64,000 nucleotides of DNA from Eledone cirrhosa (lineage: Eukaryota): assembly GCA_964016885.1 (NCBI GenBank), contig OZ024741.1:173910001-173974000 (forward strand). Direction: 5' to 3'. Below, one piece after another: positions 12,011 to 25,205 of the stretch (position 1 is the first letter of the stretch; each line of letters begins with the position of its first letter). The translations under genes were made by a program, and so were the position numbers. The notes under the pieces are model-generated. The model ran no database searches. It was not told the origin of the DNA and saw only the letters and a program-made list of their open reading frames with translations.

Positions 12011-14399
12011 ATCAGATACCAAGCCATTGGTTTTAAAATATTAAGAAAGCATGTTTCTCTAATACCCTCCATGCATCAAGTAAACGTCTGTATGTACACA
12101 CACACACATATAATTTGCCCTTTTGTGATCATATTTCTGATTATTAAAATAATCAAGAATTATGAGATATTTAGTAAAATAACTAACTTTCAAATTAATA
12201 CAAAAAGAAAAAATACAGATATTTAACTACTGAAATTTGATATTATCTGTCATGTAGTAATGGGATTTTAATTTAAATTTGAACATTTAATAGAAGGGGG
12301 GTTGGTATTTAAAGGGTTATCAGGTCTAAGAATGGAAGAAAAACATCAACTTGATATAAATTCTTTGTTGATTGCTTCTATGTGAAATATGTATTGATCT
12401 GTTTACTGCATTATTGGAGGGAATGCAGTTTAACTGCAATAATTTACTGTATCTGACTGAAATGAAGAAAATTTACAGTTCTATCATAAAACCTTGGAAG
12501 CTTAACTATTTCTTCAGTTATACTACAAGAATATTGCAATTAGTGATAATGTCATGTTCTGTGATGGTGTTTATAAGATCTGAAAGGATTTAGATATCTC
12601 TGTTTTCTATGTTCAATACAACGAATGCTTTAAGGCCATTTTCTCTGCCATAGCAAGTGTTAACCTTGTGGGGCCTCATGTCAGGTTTCTTAAACATCAG
12701 GTAAGACCATTGCAAAGGTGGAGGTACTGGATTGCACTGACCCCTTACTTCTCAATTGTACACTCTCAGATTTAGAAGTAATCTGACACAGTTTTAGAAT
12801 ATAGGGGGCTGGAAAATTGGTGAAGTACCTTAACTTGTATTGAAAATGGGATGATACATGATGAAAAGAATACTGGAGCTGGAGTTATACAGGGGAAAAG
12901 GGTTTCCCTACTTTTCAGTTTCCAAGAGCAGTGGGGCTGTGGGATGGGGGACTTATAGCATGAGAAAGGGCTGGTTATATAGAAGCACTTATGGATGACC
13001 TCAGAAAAGTAATTAGGACTAGACCTGTGAGAAAAATTAATAATTCTTTCTAACATTGGGCCAAGGCCAGCAATTTAGGGGAAGGAAAAAGTAAATTTAA
13101 TCAGGCCCATTACTTGACTGATACTTAATTTTATTGACTCCGGAAGGTTGAAAGGCAGAGTTGATCTTGATGGGATTTGAACTCAGAATATAAAGAGCCA
13201 GTACAAATACTGCTAATCATTTGTCCAATGCTCTAACAACTCTGCCAATCCACCATATTTTTGTGAGAAGAATTAATCATGATAAAAAACCAGCTAGAGC
13301 TTACAGTAGGCCAAGAAAAATATGGAGTGGAATTGTTAGATATGACCTGAAAAATATTGTAAAATATAGTAGTGTATTTCTGTTGGTTTCAACGATGACC
13401 TTCAGCTGTTCAATGAACAGGCATGTTCACCTATAACATAATTTTCAGGAAGATTCAGCATGACACATGATCTATCAAGACTGTCCTTTTGAATTACAGG
13501 CACAGTCCATCTAACAGGCTTCCAAACAGTTTACATCTACCCAATTTCACTCACGATGTTTGAGTTGACCCAAGGCTATGATAAAAGATACTTACCTAGG
13601 ATGCCACTCAGTGAAATCAATCCTGGAACTTTATGATTGTGAAGTAAACCTATTCACCATTCAAACATACTGCATCCAAAATATTGTACTAACCGAGGAA
13701 ATAGCAAAGGAGTTAGACTGCTGATATATCTAATTGTAAGCAATATTGATGTTGGACATCGAATCAATGATGATGGAAACAAACCTGAAATCTCATGATT
13801 GTGAAGCAAACTCCTTAACCATTCAGCTAGGCTGCATTGAGGAAATGACAAAGGACAGAGACAACTGGAGCTATACTGCTGAAATATCCAATTCTAAGCT
13901 GTGTTGATGATGGACATCAAATCAATGATGATGGTAATTGCATGTGTGATTAATGTAGGTGGAAACAATGACAGTGAAATTATCTATATAAATTGATCAT
14001 GAAAGTAAAACAATTGGTTATATGTAAGGTCTGATGAATGGAAGCCTAACAGCACTAAACGTAACATCCCAGTAAAGTTTAAATTGCCACTCCATCTGTG
14101 ACAATACCTGCAACACATTTGATAGCTTTCTTAACATAGATTCCATAAACTAGAGTAAAGGAATTGCAACAATGAGAAAAGACCACTCACCATGAATACA
14201 AAAAAAAAAACAACTGTTCTTGATCTTCATTTATATTGAATCAATATTCCTATACAACTCAGATGCCTAGGCAATTGTTACAAGAAGCCTGTATCAACTT
14301 GTTACATTGAAAGAAGCTCTAAACTTATGTGCTAGATTTGAAATGTGTGTGTGTGTTGAACTTCCGGTGGTTCCGATGACAAATTTGATAAATGTTGAT

Positions 14400-14672
14400 T
14401 TGATAAATGGAACAGCCTGCTTGTGAAATTAACAAGTATGTAGTTGAGACTTTCACAGACATGTGTACCCTTAATGTAGTTCTCAGGATGAGAACTAGGA
14501 TGTGACATGGTTGATCATTTAGATTACAGGTATAACTTATTTTTCCAGCGAAGTGGAGTGGAACAACATGAAATAAAGTGTCTTGCTTAAGGACACAATA
14601 CACCACCAGGAATCAAAATCATAACCTTATGATCATGTGTTGAACACCCTAAGGTCTTACCCATATGCCTTT
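14400..14672 (-). mobile_element. CORE-type tRNA SINE, antisense
   Basis: Reverse complement of gtgtccttgagcaagacactttatttca plus a tRNA-like head. Related antisense copies at ~13370-13650, 16450-16870, 49160-49430, 49640-49770 and 50370-50660. Confidence 0.65.
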
Positions 14673-14759
14673 ATAGATTTAAAATAGACATATTGTGAGG
14701 TATAATTGCTGTGTATATCTGATTTAGAATAGAAACTCTGTATCCCTGCACATCATAAG

Positions 14760-14880
14760 AAGTGACTAAAAGGGTTGGCACCAGAAAGAGTAAAACATTG
14801 ACTCAAAAGGGACCTACAATGTAGGGCCCTCAGAGCTAATCCCTGCTTTAGCAGGGAAAATGGCTTTAAAATGCTTGCTC
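14760..14880 (+). mobile_element. Old dispersed short repeat, four copies in the window
   Basis: ...gctaatccctgctttagcagggaaaatggctttaaaatgcttg recurs at ~25460-25605, 47940-48090 and 50675-50825. Confidence 0.65.
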
Positions 14881-15337
14881 TATACCTGCAAGGCTAAGGC
14901 AGTCAAGTTGGCAGAGTCGTTAGAATGTTAGATATTTGTTCTAGGTCTCTGTGTTCTGAGTTCAAATCCTGCTAGGGTCCACTTTGCTTTTCATCCTTTT
15001 GGGGTTGATAAAGAAAGTACCAGCCCAATGCTAGTGCAACCCTTTAGCTTTCCATTTAACTTTCCAGCTGTCACAACTTGAATGTTCTGTTGGATCTAGT
15101 GATGAAGGGTTGGGAGAGTGTTCATTTCTGCTTGTGACTGTATGGGCACCTAGAGCCTTTAGCAAAAGCATGGTACATGCTACCAAGTCATAATTGATTG
15201 TGATTGGTGGCTGTAATATTTTTATATCTACTAGGTATAACCTCGTATTATTCTATTATATATTATAATGGTAAATAAGAGATATGCAATGACTGCACCA
15301 CATACTTGGTGTGTGTACCTATTACTTGGTACTTTAA

Positions 15338-15718
15338 CCCTTTAGCATTTACATTATTCTATATTTACGGTGAATTGGCAGTATCGGTAGAGGGTTGGAC
15401 GCCAAGCTTTCTAGCATAGTTACATCCATTTATGGTCTGAGTTCAAATCCCGTCGAGGTTAACTTATGGAGTTGATAAAATAAAGTACCAGCAATGTACT
15501 GGATAATTGCTGGCATTGTGCCAAAAGTAGAAACAATTATTCTATATTTACTATTGTATTTTCATAGTAAACACTTTATATCACATAATATTAAATCTAC
15601 AGGATTTCGATATTATTTATTTTGAGAACAATGCCTTAACATAAGTATGAGCAGCCAATTACAGCTGGTTTGAACAGAAAGAGGTGAGAGAATTCTGGCC
15701 GGTTTAAATGCTAAAGGG
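15338..15718. mobile_element. piggyBac-type MITE (TTAA TSD) interrupted by a SINE
   Basis: TTAA-CCCTTTAGCATTT...AAATGCTAAAGGG-TTAA, perfect 13-bp TIRs. Confidence 0.85.
15368..15535 (+). mobile_element. Meta-like SINE inserted in the MITE with a 15-bp TSD
   Basis: attattctatattta at 15353-15367 and 15536-15550. Confidence 0.85.
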
Positions 15719-17860
15719 TTAATATAGTAACAAATTCAGAATTATAAACTGATTCCTGGATGTGTGTCTCTTGAGAGGATTTTGTACCTCTGTTCTCAGG
15801 AATCTCTTCCCATGAGTATATCATTGATCATGGTTTTCAGTATCATATTCAATCTACCCATGTAGTGTCTTTCCTGGCTAGCAGCTGTTCTTCTCTCTTC
15901 AGTAAACCTACCATATTGGATTTGCTTTGGTATGAGTATATTGTTTATGTGGGCGACTTGACCTATTCAGTAAATTTGGTTCTTTTGAAGCAAAGTTTGC
16001 ATTGCAGCACATTGTGTTTCTTGAGCAAAATACTTTATTTCATGTTGCTCCTTCTGACAGGAGTTCTGACCAGTAGATAATACCAGCAATGGAAAAACCA
16101 ATAGAAATAGAAATATTGTTTCCAATGAGAACATTGGTTTCTTAGTTCAGCAATGGAAGCATTGTTTCCTTAATTCAATCTGATGATTGTCTCCTTTCTT
16201 CTGCTAGGTATTGTGATCAGCAGATAGTATCAGCAATAGGAAAAAGCCAATGGAAACATTGTCGCCATTGGTTCAATCTCATGATAGGCTCCTTTCCTTA
16301 ATGTGGAAACAATCTGCAGACATGGTGTGTTAAAATGATTTTGTTGTTTAGCATGTTTGCTGTGAACAGTCTATGTCTCAACAAGTATGGTGATGGGTTC
16401 TTTGTTGGCTTTGATGATGAACAATCAGTAATTCTATCAATTTGTCATGTAGGTTGGGAATTAACATGTAAGTAGCTGAGCATTCCACAGATACACCTTG
16501 TACCCTTAATATAATTATTAAGTTGAGTTAGTATGACACAGTCTGACAAGGCTGGACCATTGAATGATAGGTACCATGCATCTTGTATTATAGTGAAAGT
16601 GGCTGAGTATTCCACAGATATGTGTACCCTCAACGTATTTTCCAATCCAAATCATCATGACACAATATGTGACACAGCTGGCCCATTAAATTGCAGGCAC
16701 AGTCCATTTGATAGACTTCTACAGGATTTCTATCTTTCCAATTTCACTCACAAGGCTTGGATCGTCCTGAGGCTATGTTAAATGACCCTTGCCCAAGATG
16801 CCAAGAAATAGGATTAAACCTGGAACCTGGTGATTAGGAAGTAAACTTCTCTAACCATTCTAGTATGTCTGTGTCCATCAACAAGTATCATATTAAGTCA
16901 ACAATCAAAATGTTGCTATTTGAGTCCATTTCTTGTCAGCCAGTATATCACCCTCCAATCTTTACCCATGAAAAAAAAAATGAAAAATGATGATGTGTGA
17001 AACAGAAGTCAGAAAAGAACTTCATTTTAGCATGATAACATCTTATTTTCGATTGAAGTAAACGTTATCTGATGAAAAGAATTGTGAAGGATGCAAAAAA
17101 AAAAAAAAAAAAATCATTGATGCTATTGAGCATGGTCTTTTTATCCTTCATACTAATGGACATATTGACAATTAACAGAAAAAAAAAATAAATAATACAA
17201 TACAATAAATTTGTAAAAAAATCATTGCATAGTTTAGTTGTCTCTTATCCCTCAGATTAAACTTGAATAATTGATGTTTAGTTTTTACAGAAATACCCTA
17301 GCCAATATCATTGATTTTCTTCTTCTCACTTTCACTTTTCTACCCCTCCCCTCTCTCCATTCTCTACTTTTCATTTCTCTTTTTCCTTCTCTCTCTTTTT
17401 CCCATCTCTTTCTCTCTCTTTTTAGCACCTAAGAATCTATATAAACAAACTGCTGTACCAGTTTCTATTAACAAGTCTCGACTAGTTAAGCTGATTTAAA
17501 AAACACAACACCATTGAACAAATATTACATTTGAAAAGAGAAAAAAAAAGGATAAATTGCTTTGTCTCTGATCATATCTTTTAAATGTGGTTGAATTCAA
17601 TGACTTAAATTTCTTTTTTTAAATAAATGAATGTCGCTCTTCAACTTAAAGAATTTCACTGTACTTGTCTGAGTAATTTATCTTATTTCTGGCAGGTAAC
17701 ATTCAACTTTATACAATTATTATAATCTATTGAATTTAATTCTATTGAATATAATTCTGCATTTTAAATAGGAAGAAAGAGAAATGAGTGGAGCATTAGA
17801 TTGGACTAAAAAGAAACTATGTTTCCATTGGTCTTTCTATTGCTGATACTATCTGTTGGT

Positions 17861-18179
17861 CGCGTGGCTTAGTGAGTAGAATTGGATTCCCAGTTGTGAG
17901 GTTATGACTTCGAATCCTGGACTAGGAGATGTGGTGTGTCTTTGAGCAAAGCACTTTATTTCACATTGTTCCAGTTCACTCAGCTGTAGAAATGAGTTGT
18001 GACATCACAAGGGCCAAGTTCTATTCGCCTTTGTCTTTCCTTTGGACAAGATCACTGGTTTAGAAGGGAGACTGGTATACATGGGTAACTGCTGGTTTTT
18101 ACCTTGCCTAGGCTTGTGCCATGAAGAGGAACTTTCTAGGTGCAAAACCCATGGTCATTTGTGACTGAAGGGGTTCTTT
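17861..18179 (+). mobile_element. CORE-type tRNA SINE with a probable 13-bp TSD
   Basis: Head gtggcttagtg...ttcgaatcc and CORE-like gtgtctttgagcaaagcactttatttcac...ctcagctgtagaaatg. Flanked by act(a/c)tctgttggt. Similar + copies at ~22260-22400 and 24140-24350. Confidence 0.7.
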
Positions 18180-18319
18180 ACTCTCTGTTGGTTGCTACGC
18201 ATAACAGAAGGTGGCAGAACATTCAGAGCCAGATCAGATACTACAAAGCATTTTGTCTAACTCTTTATTAATTTTGCCAACCTTTTGTCCTTGAATTGGT
18301 ACATTATTTATCAACCACA

Positions 18320-18502
18320 GTAGATTGGCAGTATCGGTAGAGGGTCTGACACCATGCTTTTCAGCAAAGAGTTTCGTCCCTTTACGTTTGGAGTTCAAAT
18401 CCCGCCGAGGTTAACTTTGTCTTTCATCCTTACGGGGTCGATAAAATAAAGTACCAATAATACACTGGGATAATTGCTGGCCTTGTGCCAAAAGTAGAAA
18501 CA
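18320..18502 (+). mobile_element. Meta-like SINE with a 17-bp TSD, inside an older antisense copy
   Basis: attatttatcaaccaca at 18303-18319 and 18503-18519. Confidence 0.85.
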
Positions 18503-19329
18503 ATTATTTATCAACCACAAAGAGGATTAAAGGTAAATTTAATTTCAGTAAGATTTGAACTTAGGGCACAGAAAACCAAAACAAATATTGTTAGATATTC
18601 TATCTGACACATCTGCCAATACACTGACAGCAGCGTTAACTAACAATGATTCAGTGTGAACCATTAATTTTATCCCTATCAGTCATTAATTCTTATCTCT
18701 CACTCAATAAGAGAGGGAGTCTTCTTTGGCCTATAATATTGAATTGATTTTGATATAGTATGGCTTCGTATTTTATTGGTGAAAGAAAGGATGAAATGTA
18801 AAGTCAACGATAGCAAGAATTGAATTCAGTAAATGTAACAGCTTGATCTTCTATCTCTATAAGAGAACTAGTGATTGAATATCACAGAATATGTGTCTTA
18901 GCACTGTAATAAAACTTTAAGTCTTATAACGCCTCATTTTCTATAATCAAGATGAAGGAAATTTATGTTATTCTTTATAATACCAACATACTCAAACCCA
19001 CTTCTGTTTCCTTGAAATGAAACCATCTATTTTAAACTAAAATCTTCCAGCATGATTTGTTAAAAAAAAACTTTTGTTAAGTTACATTACAAATACCATC
19101 ATTATAATGAATTAAATAATAATTTTAGTAAATCCTTCCAAAGTTTTCATTAATTACTTGAAGTACACCCATTTTAAATTGAAATCTTCCAAAAAAATTC
19201 CATATGAAAAGCTTTTGTTAAGTTAATTAATTGAAAAACAGTTTGTTATTAGAAATATGGCCCAAAAGGGTTAATGACAAAATTACAAAATATACTCAAT
19301 GTTTGTATTTGTTTATTTTTCTTTTGCAG

Positions 19330-19432
19330 ATATCATCAACTTTTCCTCTGTATTTTCAAATGGTTACTTGATTGGAGAAACTTTGTCGAAATATGATCGG
19401 CAGGATGATCTGGATAAATTTTCTCAACAAAA
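19330..19432 (+). CDS. SPEF2: SPEF2-like gene, internal exon (probable exon 2; calponin-homology domain)
   Basis: Acceptor ttttgcag|, donor |gtatga. Reads IINFSSVFSNGYLIGETLSKYDRQDDLDKFSQQ(K), resembling SPEF2 FAKAFSSGYLLGEVLHKFELQDDF as recalled. Ends in phase 2, matching the next exon. Confidence 0.85.
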
Positions 19433-19769
19433 GTATGATTTTCTCATCAACTCAATACATTTATTTCGTATATAACTTCTACATTGATCTGTAAATATAT
19501 AATGTATGTACTTGCATGAAAATATGTATATATGTAGTTTATGAAAAATGTATATATGACCTTTTGACTAATGGTCAATTGAACATAGAAAAATACCTGA
19601 AATTATATATATATATAGTACATAATAATAGTAATAATTATCATTCATTTAACATCCGTTCTCTGTGCAAGGAAGGGTTGGATAGGTCATCACTGACCAA
19701 ATCAGAACTTATATGAAGGTGCTGACCTCACAGTCGGGTTTGGGTCCAGATATATGTATGTATATATAT

Positions 19770-20271
19770 GTGGTAACATGTAACCCAGTACAACTTATCT
19801 CATAGTCGGGCCATCGGCGACTAAACCGTATACCCACCAAGCTTGTTTTGTGAGGGGGTTGATATTTGAACACCCTGCGGGATGAAATGTAAGACCCGGC
19901 GAAGGGCGGAGGAACTCAGCAGAGTCAACAGCCATCCAAATAGTACTTTTTTTTTTTTCACCTGGGAGTGTAAGACCCCCAGTTGTTGTCACAACACCTT
20001 TCTAAGTGAAGGAAACTCTGGAAAAAACCTGCAGTTTTGGAAGCATCCAATGATGTTGACCAGTTCTCCTCTTCGGGTAGTGTTTTCGATGCTCAGAGAG
20101 TGGGATTGGTCAAGTGAAACGCCTCTCCCCACTTAAAAAACCTTCAATGCACAAGCATTACTTGTTCAGGTTATATTACAGGTTCTTGTGGCTGACCATA
20201 GCCTAAAAATGCACCATTTTCTGTAATCTGACAAGCAATTGCAATACTCTTAGCAGAGTTTACAGCCATCA
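19770..20271 (+). mobile_element. Non-autonomous RTE-derived element (family B1)
   Basis: Colinear with 21440-21918. The 3' tail gcaatactcttagcagagtttacagccatc matches the LINE end at 21388-21420. Confidence 0.75.
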
Positions 20272-20297
20272 TGTATGTATATATGTATGTAAGTATA

Positions 20298-20861
20298 TGT
20301 CGGGTCACTCTTGAGTTCTACTGGTAATATGTAACCCAGTACAACCTGTCACATGGCCGGGTCGTCGGCGACTAAACCGGCAACCCCACCAAAGGACAGA
20401 AGTACTCATGAGAGTCAACGGTTATCCAAAAATATGTAAATATGTATATACATATGTATATATGTGTATATGTATATATGTATATACATGTATGTATGTG
20501 TATGTATATACTCGAGGACATAGAAATAATCGGGCTGGATACCTGATCTCGCGGTTAAACCACTGGGAGTGAAGGACCCCTAGCCTTTGTCAGGGCATTC
20601 TTCTAGGAAAAGGCAACTCAGGAAACTGGGATAACTCCAACATAAAACCTACGGCTCAGTAGTTACCGATGGTGTTGATCTTTTCTTCTTTTCGGGTTAT
20701 AGCTACTGTCGCTCAGAGAGTGAGATTGGCTCAGTGCACGGTCTTTCCTCACTTTAAGAAAAATCTTCACGCGCAGGCATTGGATGATAGCATTAATTGA
20801 TAATTGTTAATAATGTTATATCATGCAATGGCCATACTCGATAATGAGGGGGCAGCCATCA
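20298..20861 (+). mobile_element. Non-autonomous RTE-derived element (family B2)
   Basis: Colinear with 4547-5181. Confidence 0.7.
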
Positions 20862-20984
20862 TGTATGTATGTATGCATGTATGTATGCATGTATGTATGT
20901 ATGTATGTATGTATGTGTGTATGTATATAAGTGTGTACATATGTATATATATATATGTATGTATGTATGTTTATGTAAAAAAAC

Positions 20985-21421
20985 AGGTTTGATGATGGCT
21001 GACTGGCAGATAGAAGCTCTTGAAAGAGAGACTTGGCGTGGAATGGTGAGGACAGACGCATAGAGCACGAGAAGATCAAACGGGATGTACGTAAGCAATG
21101 CTCTGGTGTATCTCTCGAAATGATCAGTGTCTTCATTGAATTGGTGTGCCCTGAGTGTGGAAAAATTTGCTTGAGCAAATCTGGTCTCAGGAGCCACAGT
21201 CGCAGACATGTTCAAAGAGAACCAGTGAACTATGATCTCAACGGTATTGTGAGGGTTCATGGGCAACCTGATGCAAGACCTCAAGCCAGGGAGATCCATT
21301 GTTGTCGTCAGTGTGTGAAGGAGTGCAAGTCTCTAGCAGGCTTGAAAAGCCATATCTGAGTGTCCCACATCTGAATCTGACAAGTGATTGCAATACTCTT
21401 GGCAGAGTTTGCAGCCATCAT
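20985..21421 (+). mobile_element. 3' end of an RTE LINE with C-terminal C2H2 zinc fingers
   Basis: WQIEALERETWRGMV followed by CPECGKICLSKSGLRSHSRRH and CRQCVKECKSLAGLKSH. The tail is shared with family B1. Confidence 0.75.
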
Positions 21422-21439
21422 GTATGTATATATGTTTAT

Positions 21440-21918
21440 GTCAGGTCTCTCTGGAGTGCTACTGGTAACATGTAACCCAGTACAACATGTCTCATGGTCG
21501 GGTTGTCAGCGGCTAAACTGGCAACCCCACCAAGCTTGCTTGGTGAGGAGGGTGATATTTGGACACCCTGCTGGATGAAATACAAGACCCAGCAAAGAGC
21601 GGAGGAACTCAGCAGAATCAACGCCCATCCAAATAGCACTTTTTTTTCTTTTCCACCTGGGAGTGAAAGGCCCCAGTTGTTGTCAAAAAACCTTTCTAAG
21701 AGAGGGAAACTCTAAAAAAAAAATACCTCTGGCTTCGGAAGCATCCAATGATGTTGACAAGTTCTCTTTTTTGGGTGGTGTTTTCGATGCTCAGAGAGTG
21801 GGATTGGTCGAGTGCAAGGCCTTTCCCCACTTAAAAAAACCTTCAAAGCACAGGCATTGCTTGTTCAGGATATGTTACAAATGATTACAATACTCTTAGC
21901 AGAGTTTGCAGCCATCAT
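21440..21918 (+). mobile_element. Non-autonomous RTE-derived element (family B1)
   Basis: Same head (ctactggtaacatgtaacccagtac) and tail as 19770-20271. A partial copy lies at 41909-42120. Confidence 0.75.
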
Positions 21919-22609
21919 GTATGTATCTATGTATGATTAGCTTACTAGATTACTGTTAAGAAATATGAATAAAAAAGCATCCGTAGTGACATTTAATTTC
22001 ATTCTAAAAGTAATACATAGGCAATTCATATATGTTCAAACATTATATGTTTGCAATGCTACCTGTTTGGAAGCATGTCATTATTGTAAAAGGTCAGTTA
22101 ATTATAGCCCAACCTATATACATATGTAAATATACATATATACATCCTTGCTAGCAAGGAGAACAGGTGGTAAATGATGATAAGGATAATCATGTGTATG
22201 TGTATATAGATATATCTATCTATATATATATGTAGGCACAATGGAGGCACATGGCTAATGGAGGCACATGGCTTAGTGGTTAGAGCATTGGCCTTGCAAT
22301 CGAAAGGTTGTGAGTTCAATTCTCAGACCGGGTGATGTGTTGTTTCCTTGAGCAAGGCACTTTATTTCACATTGCTCCAGTTTACTCAGCTGTAGAAATG
22401 AGATGATAGGGACTGGAGTCCCTATCATCTGTAAATGAGGTTGGTGTTAGGGAGGGCATCCAGCTGTAGAAATCAAGCCAGAATCAGATCCCGTCCCACC
22501 CTTGCAAGCAGAGAAAAGTGGACGGAAAATGAAAAATGAAATGATATAAATCAACATCATTGACATTTTTATGTCTATTTTTCCATGCTGGCATGGGATG
22601 TTTTGAGAC

Positions 22610-23565
22610 AATGTTTTCCTGAGTAAGTTTCTTGGTCAGTGTCCAAGTCTCAGACCAATACAGTAGCACAGACTCCATTGTAGCAACAAAGAGACGGATC
22701 TTCAGGTTTTTACAAAGGTCCAACTTCTACATCGATCTTAAACTGTGGCACGCCGCCCAGGCGTGTGTTCCTAATCTTTGTTCCCAGAAACAGGAAGTTC
22801 TCAACCAATTCTAATGCCTTCTCGCCAACATTCATTTCTCCAGGCACTGGAGAAAGGAGTTTCCCCAAATCAGGGGAGTATCAGTAACATCGTCCCAGTG
22901 CCAAAGAAGTGAGATCTCTCTAACACCAACAACTACAGGAGGATCTCACTGACGTCACTTGTGGCAAAGATCCTCAACAAGATGATTCTTAACAGGATTC
23001 AGCCCGAGATGGAGAAGAAGCTCAGGAACAACCAGAATGGCTTCAGAGAGGGAAGATCAACCACCTGTCACATCCTGATGCTGAAGAATATATTAGAGGG
23101 AACTAGAGCAAAGAGCCTTCTTGCTGTCATGGTTTTCATTGACTTTAGGAAGGCCTTTGATTTTGTGGACCATCACTGCCTGATGGATTTCTTACAGGCT
23201 TATGAAAACCCCAAGAAGATAGTGGACCTGATATTACTGCTCTACACCAACAGCAAAGCCCAAGTCATTACAGCTGATGGGATGACGAAGTTCTTTGAGA
23301 TACTGGCTGGAGTGCTCCAGGGAGATACATTGGCTCCCTACCTTTATATCATCGCAGTGGACTATTGTATGCGCCTTGCGCTGGAGAAACACTAGGACTC
23401 TGGCTTTACTGTAGCACTGGCTCAGAACAGGAGAGTTAAGGCAAAAAAGATATCAGATGCTTAATTTAGTGATGACATAGTTCTGGTGACAAACACAGTG
23501 AAGGAGGCAGAGGAGTTGATGCAGGAGGCGGAGACTGTGTCGATGAGTGTGGGGCTGAGAATGAA
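22610..23565. mobile_element. RTE-type RT fragment with an internal inversion
   Basis: + strand 22890-23565 reads NYRRISLTS...FIDFRKAFD...GVLQGDTLAP...FSDD. - strand 22790-22610 reads KIRLFVATMESVLLYWSETWTL, a more downstream part of the same protein type. Confidence 0.75.
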
Positions 23566-24354
23566 TTTATAATATATGTTTGTGTGAGTGTAAGTACATA
23601 ATTTACTCTTAGTTAAGAAATATTCTTCATTCGCTTCTATTTGACTGTACTGAAAATTGCCACCATTTTATATATCATTGATTGATATTTAAATATAAAA
23701 CATTAGCTGAAGCAATTTGATTTATCTCTCTTTCTCTGTATCATCTTAATTTCTTGAGACCAGACGAAAGCCTTCACTCTTATTAACTCTCTCAGACTTT
23801 AGAATCTGTTTGTCTATCTTTCTCTTAGTTTCTCCCCTCTCTATATTTATTATTCTTTCTTCCTCTGTCTGCCTCCTCTCTAATTATATTCATTCAACAC
23901 TATATTATATAATCTTTTAATCTTTTTCTAAGATGACTTATATACAGTTTCCCATTTGAAGGAATTTCTCCTGATACCATTCAAATGGTTTTGAAATGTT
24001 GATGTGGAATTACTGAGCCTAATAAAATATCTTTTGTGAGTTTGTAGTTTGTGATCATGGCAAACCAACATAATTATTAGCTACAAAAATTATCAATGTT
24101 TTTGTCTATTAATGTAAACTTAGTGTCTGATTTTGAAGGTACATGGTGTAGTTGTTAGGGTGTTCAGCTCATGCTTGTAACATTGTGAGTTTGATTTCTT
24201 GACTGGGTGGTGTATTGTGTCCTTGAATAAGACACTTCATTTCACATTATTCCAGTCTACTCAGCTGGGAAAAATAGGTTGTACCTGTAATTCAAGGGGC
24301 CAGCCTTGTCCCACTTTTGTCTCACTGAATCTCTCTGAGAACAATATCAAGAGT

Positions 24355-25205
24355 ACATCATCATCATCAACATCATCATCATCATTTTAATGTCTACTTT
24401 TCTTGCTTGCAAGGGTTGTATGGGTCTACAAAGACCAAGTCAGTACTGAAGCTGTGGCTACCGATCTCCCAGACAAGCTGGGGATCTGTCATCTCACTTA
24501 TGTACAGTGATGTACAAGGGAGGGTGTCATGTCTTTGACACAACAGAGAGTCATTTGAACCCTTTGTTTGGTAAGCTTTCTACAGCTGGATGCCCTACCT
24601 ATCACCAACCAGTTTACAGCGTATAGTAGATGTTTATCATGTAGATCACTAACACTAGGGAGGTTGTCAAGTCTTTGACATGACAGAGGTGTCCTCATGA
24701 CCCTTTCTTTGGCACATTTTCTATAGTTGAATGCTGTTCCTATCACCAACCACTTTGCAGCATGTACATGTGCATTTATCCTGTAGATCACCAAACACTA
24801 GGGAGGTTGTCATGCCTTGACGTGACTGAAGTGTCCTCCCAACCCTTTGTTTGGCATGCCCTCTATGCTGGATGCCCTTTCCACCATTAATCACTTCACA
24901 TAGGGACAGCAGCTAGAAATATGTGTTGGTGAGCAGTGGTGGGAGAGGAGGGGTCAGGCCAAATTGTATGTTGCATGTCAGGTCTTCTTTAGCTCCACAT
25001 AGCGCCAGCCCTCACAATCTTTAGTCATTTCTGATGTGTGAAGTTTAGTTTCTTAAGTCAGCCTTCACAACCTCATCCCATGTCTTCCTGGGTCTACCTC
25101 TTCCACGGGTCCCAGCAACTACGTTTTTTTTGTATTTTTTTATGCAGCTGTTATCTTCCATGTGCATCAGATATCCAACGCAACCTTCTCTCTTGCACAC
25201 TTATC
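24355..25205 (-). mobile_element. Decayed RTE 3' end with a triplicated ~141-bp module (24518-24900)
   Basis: Antisense GRGRPRKTWDEVV at ~25060-25105. Units start gggag(g)ttgtca at 24518, 24658 and 24801. (CAT)n tail on the left. Confidence 0.65.
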
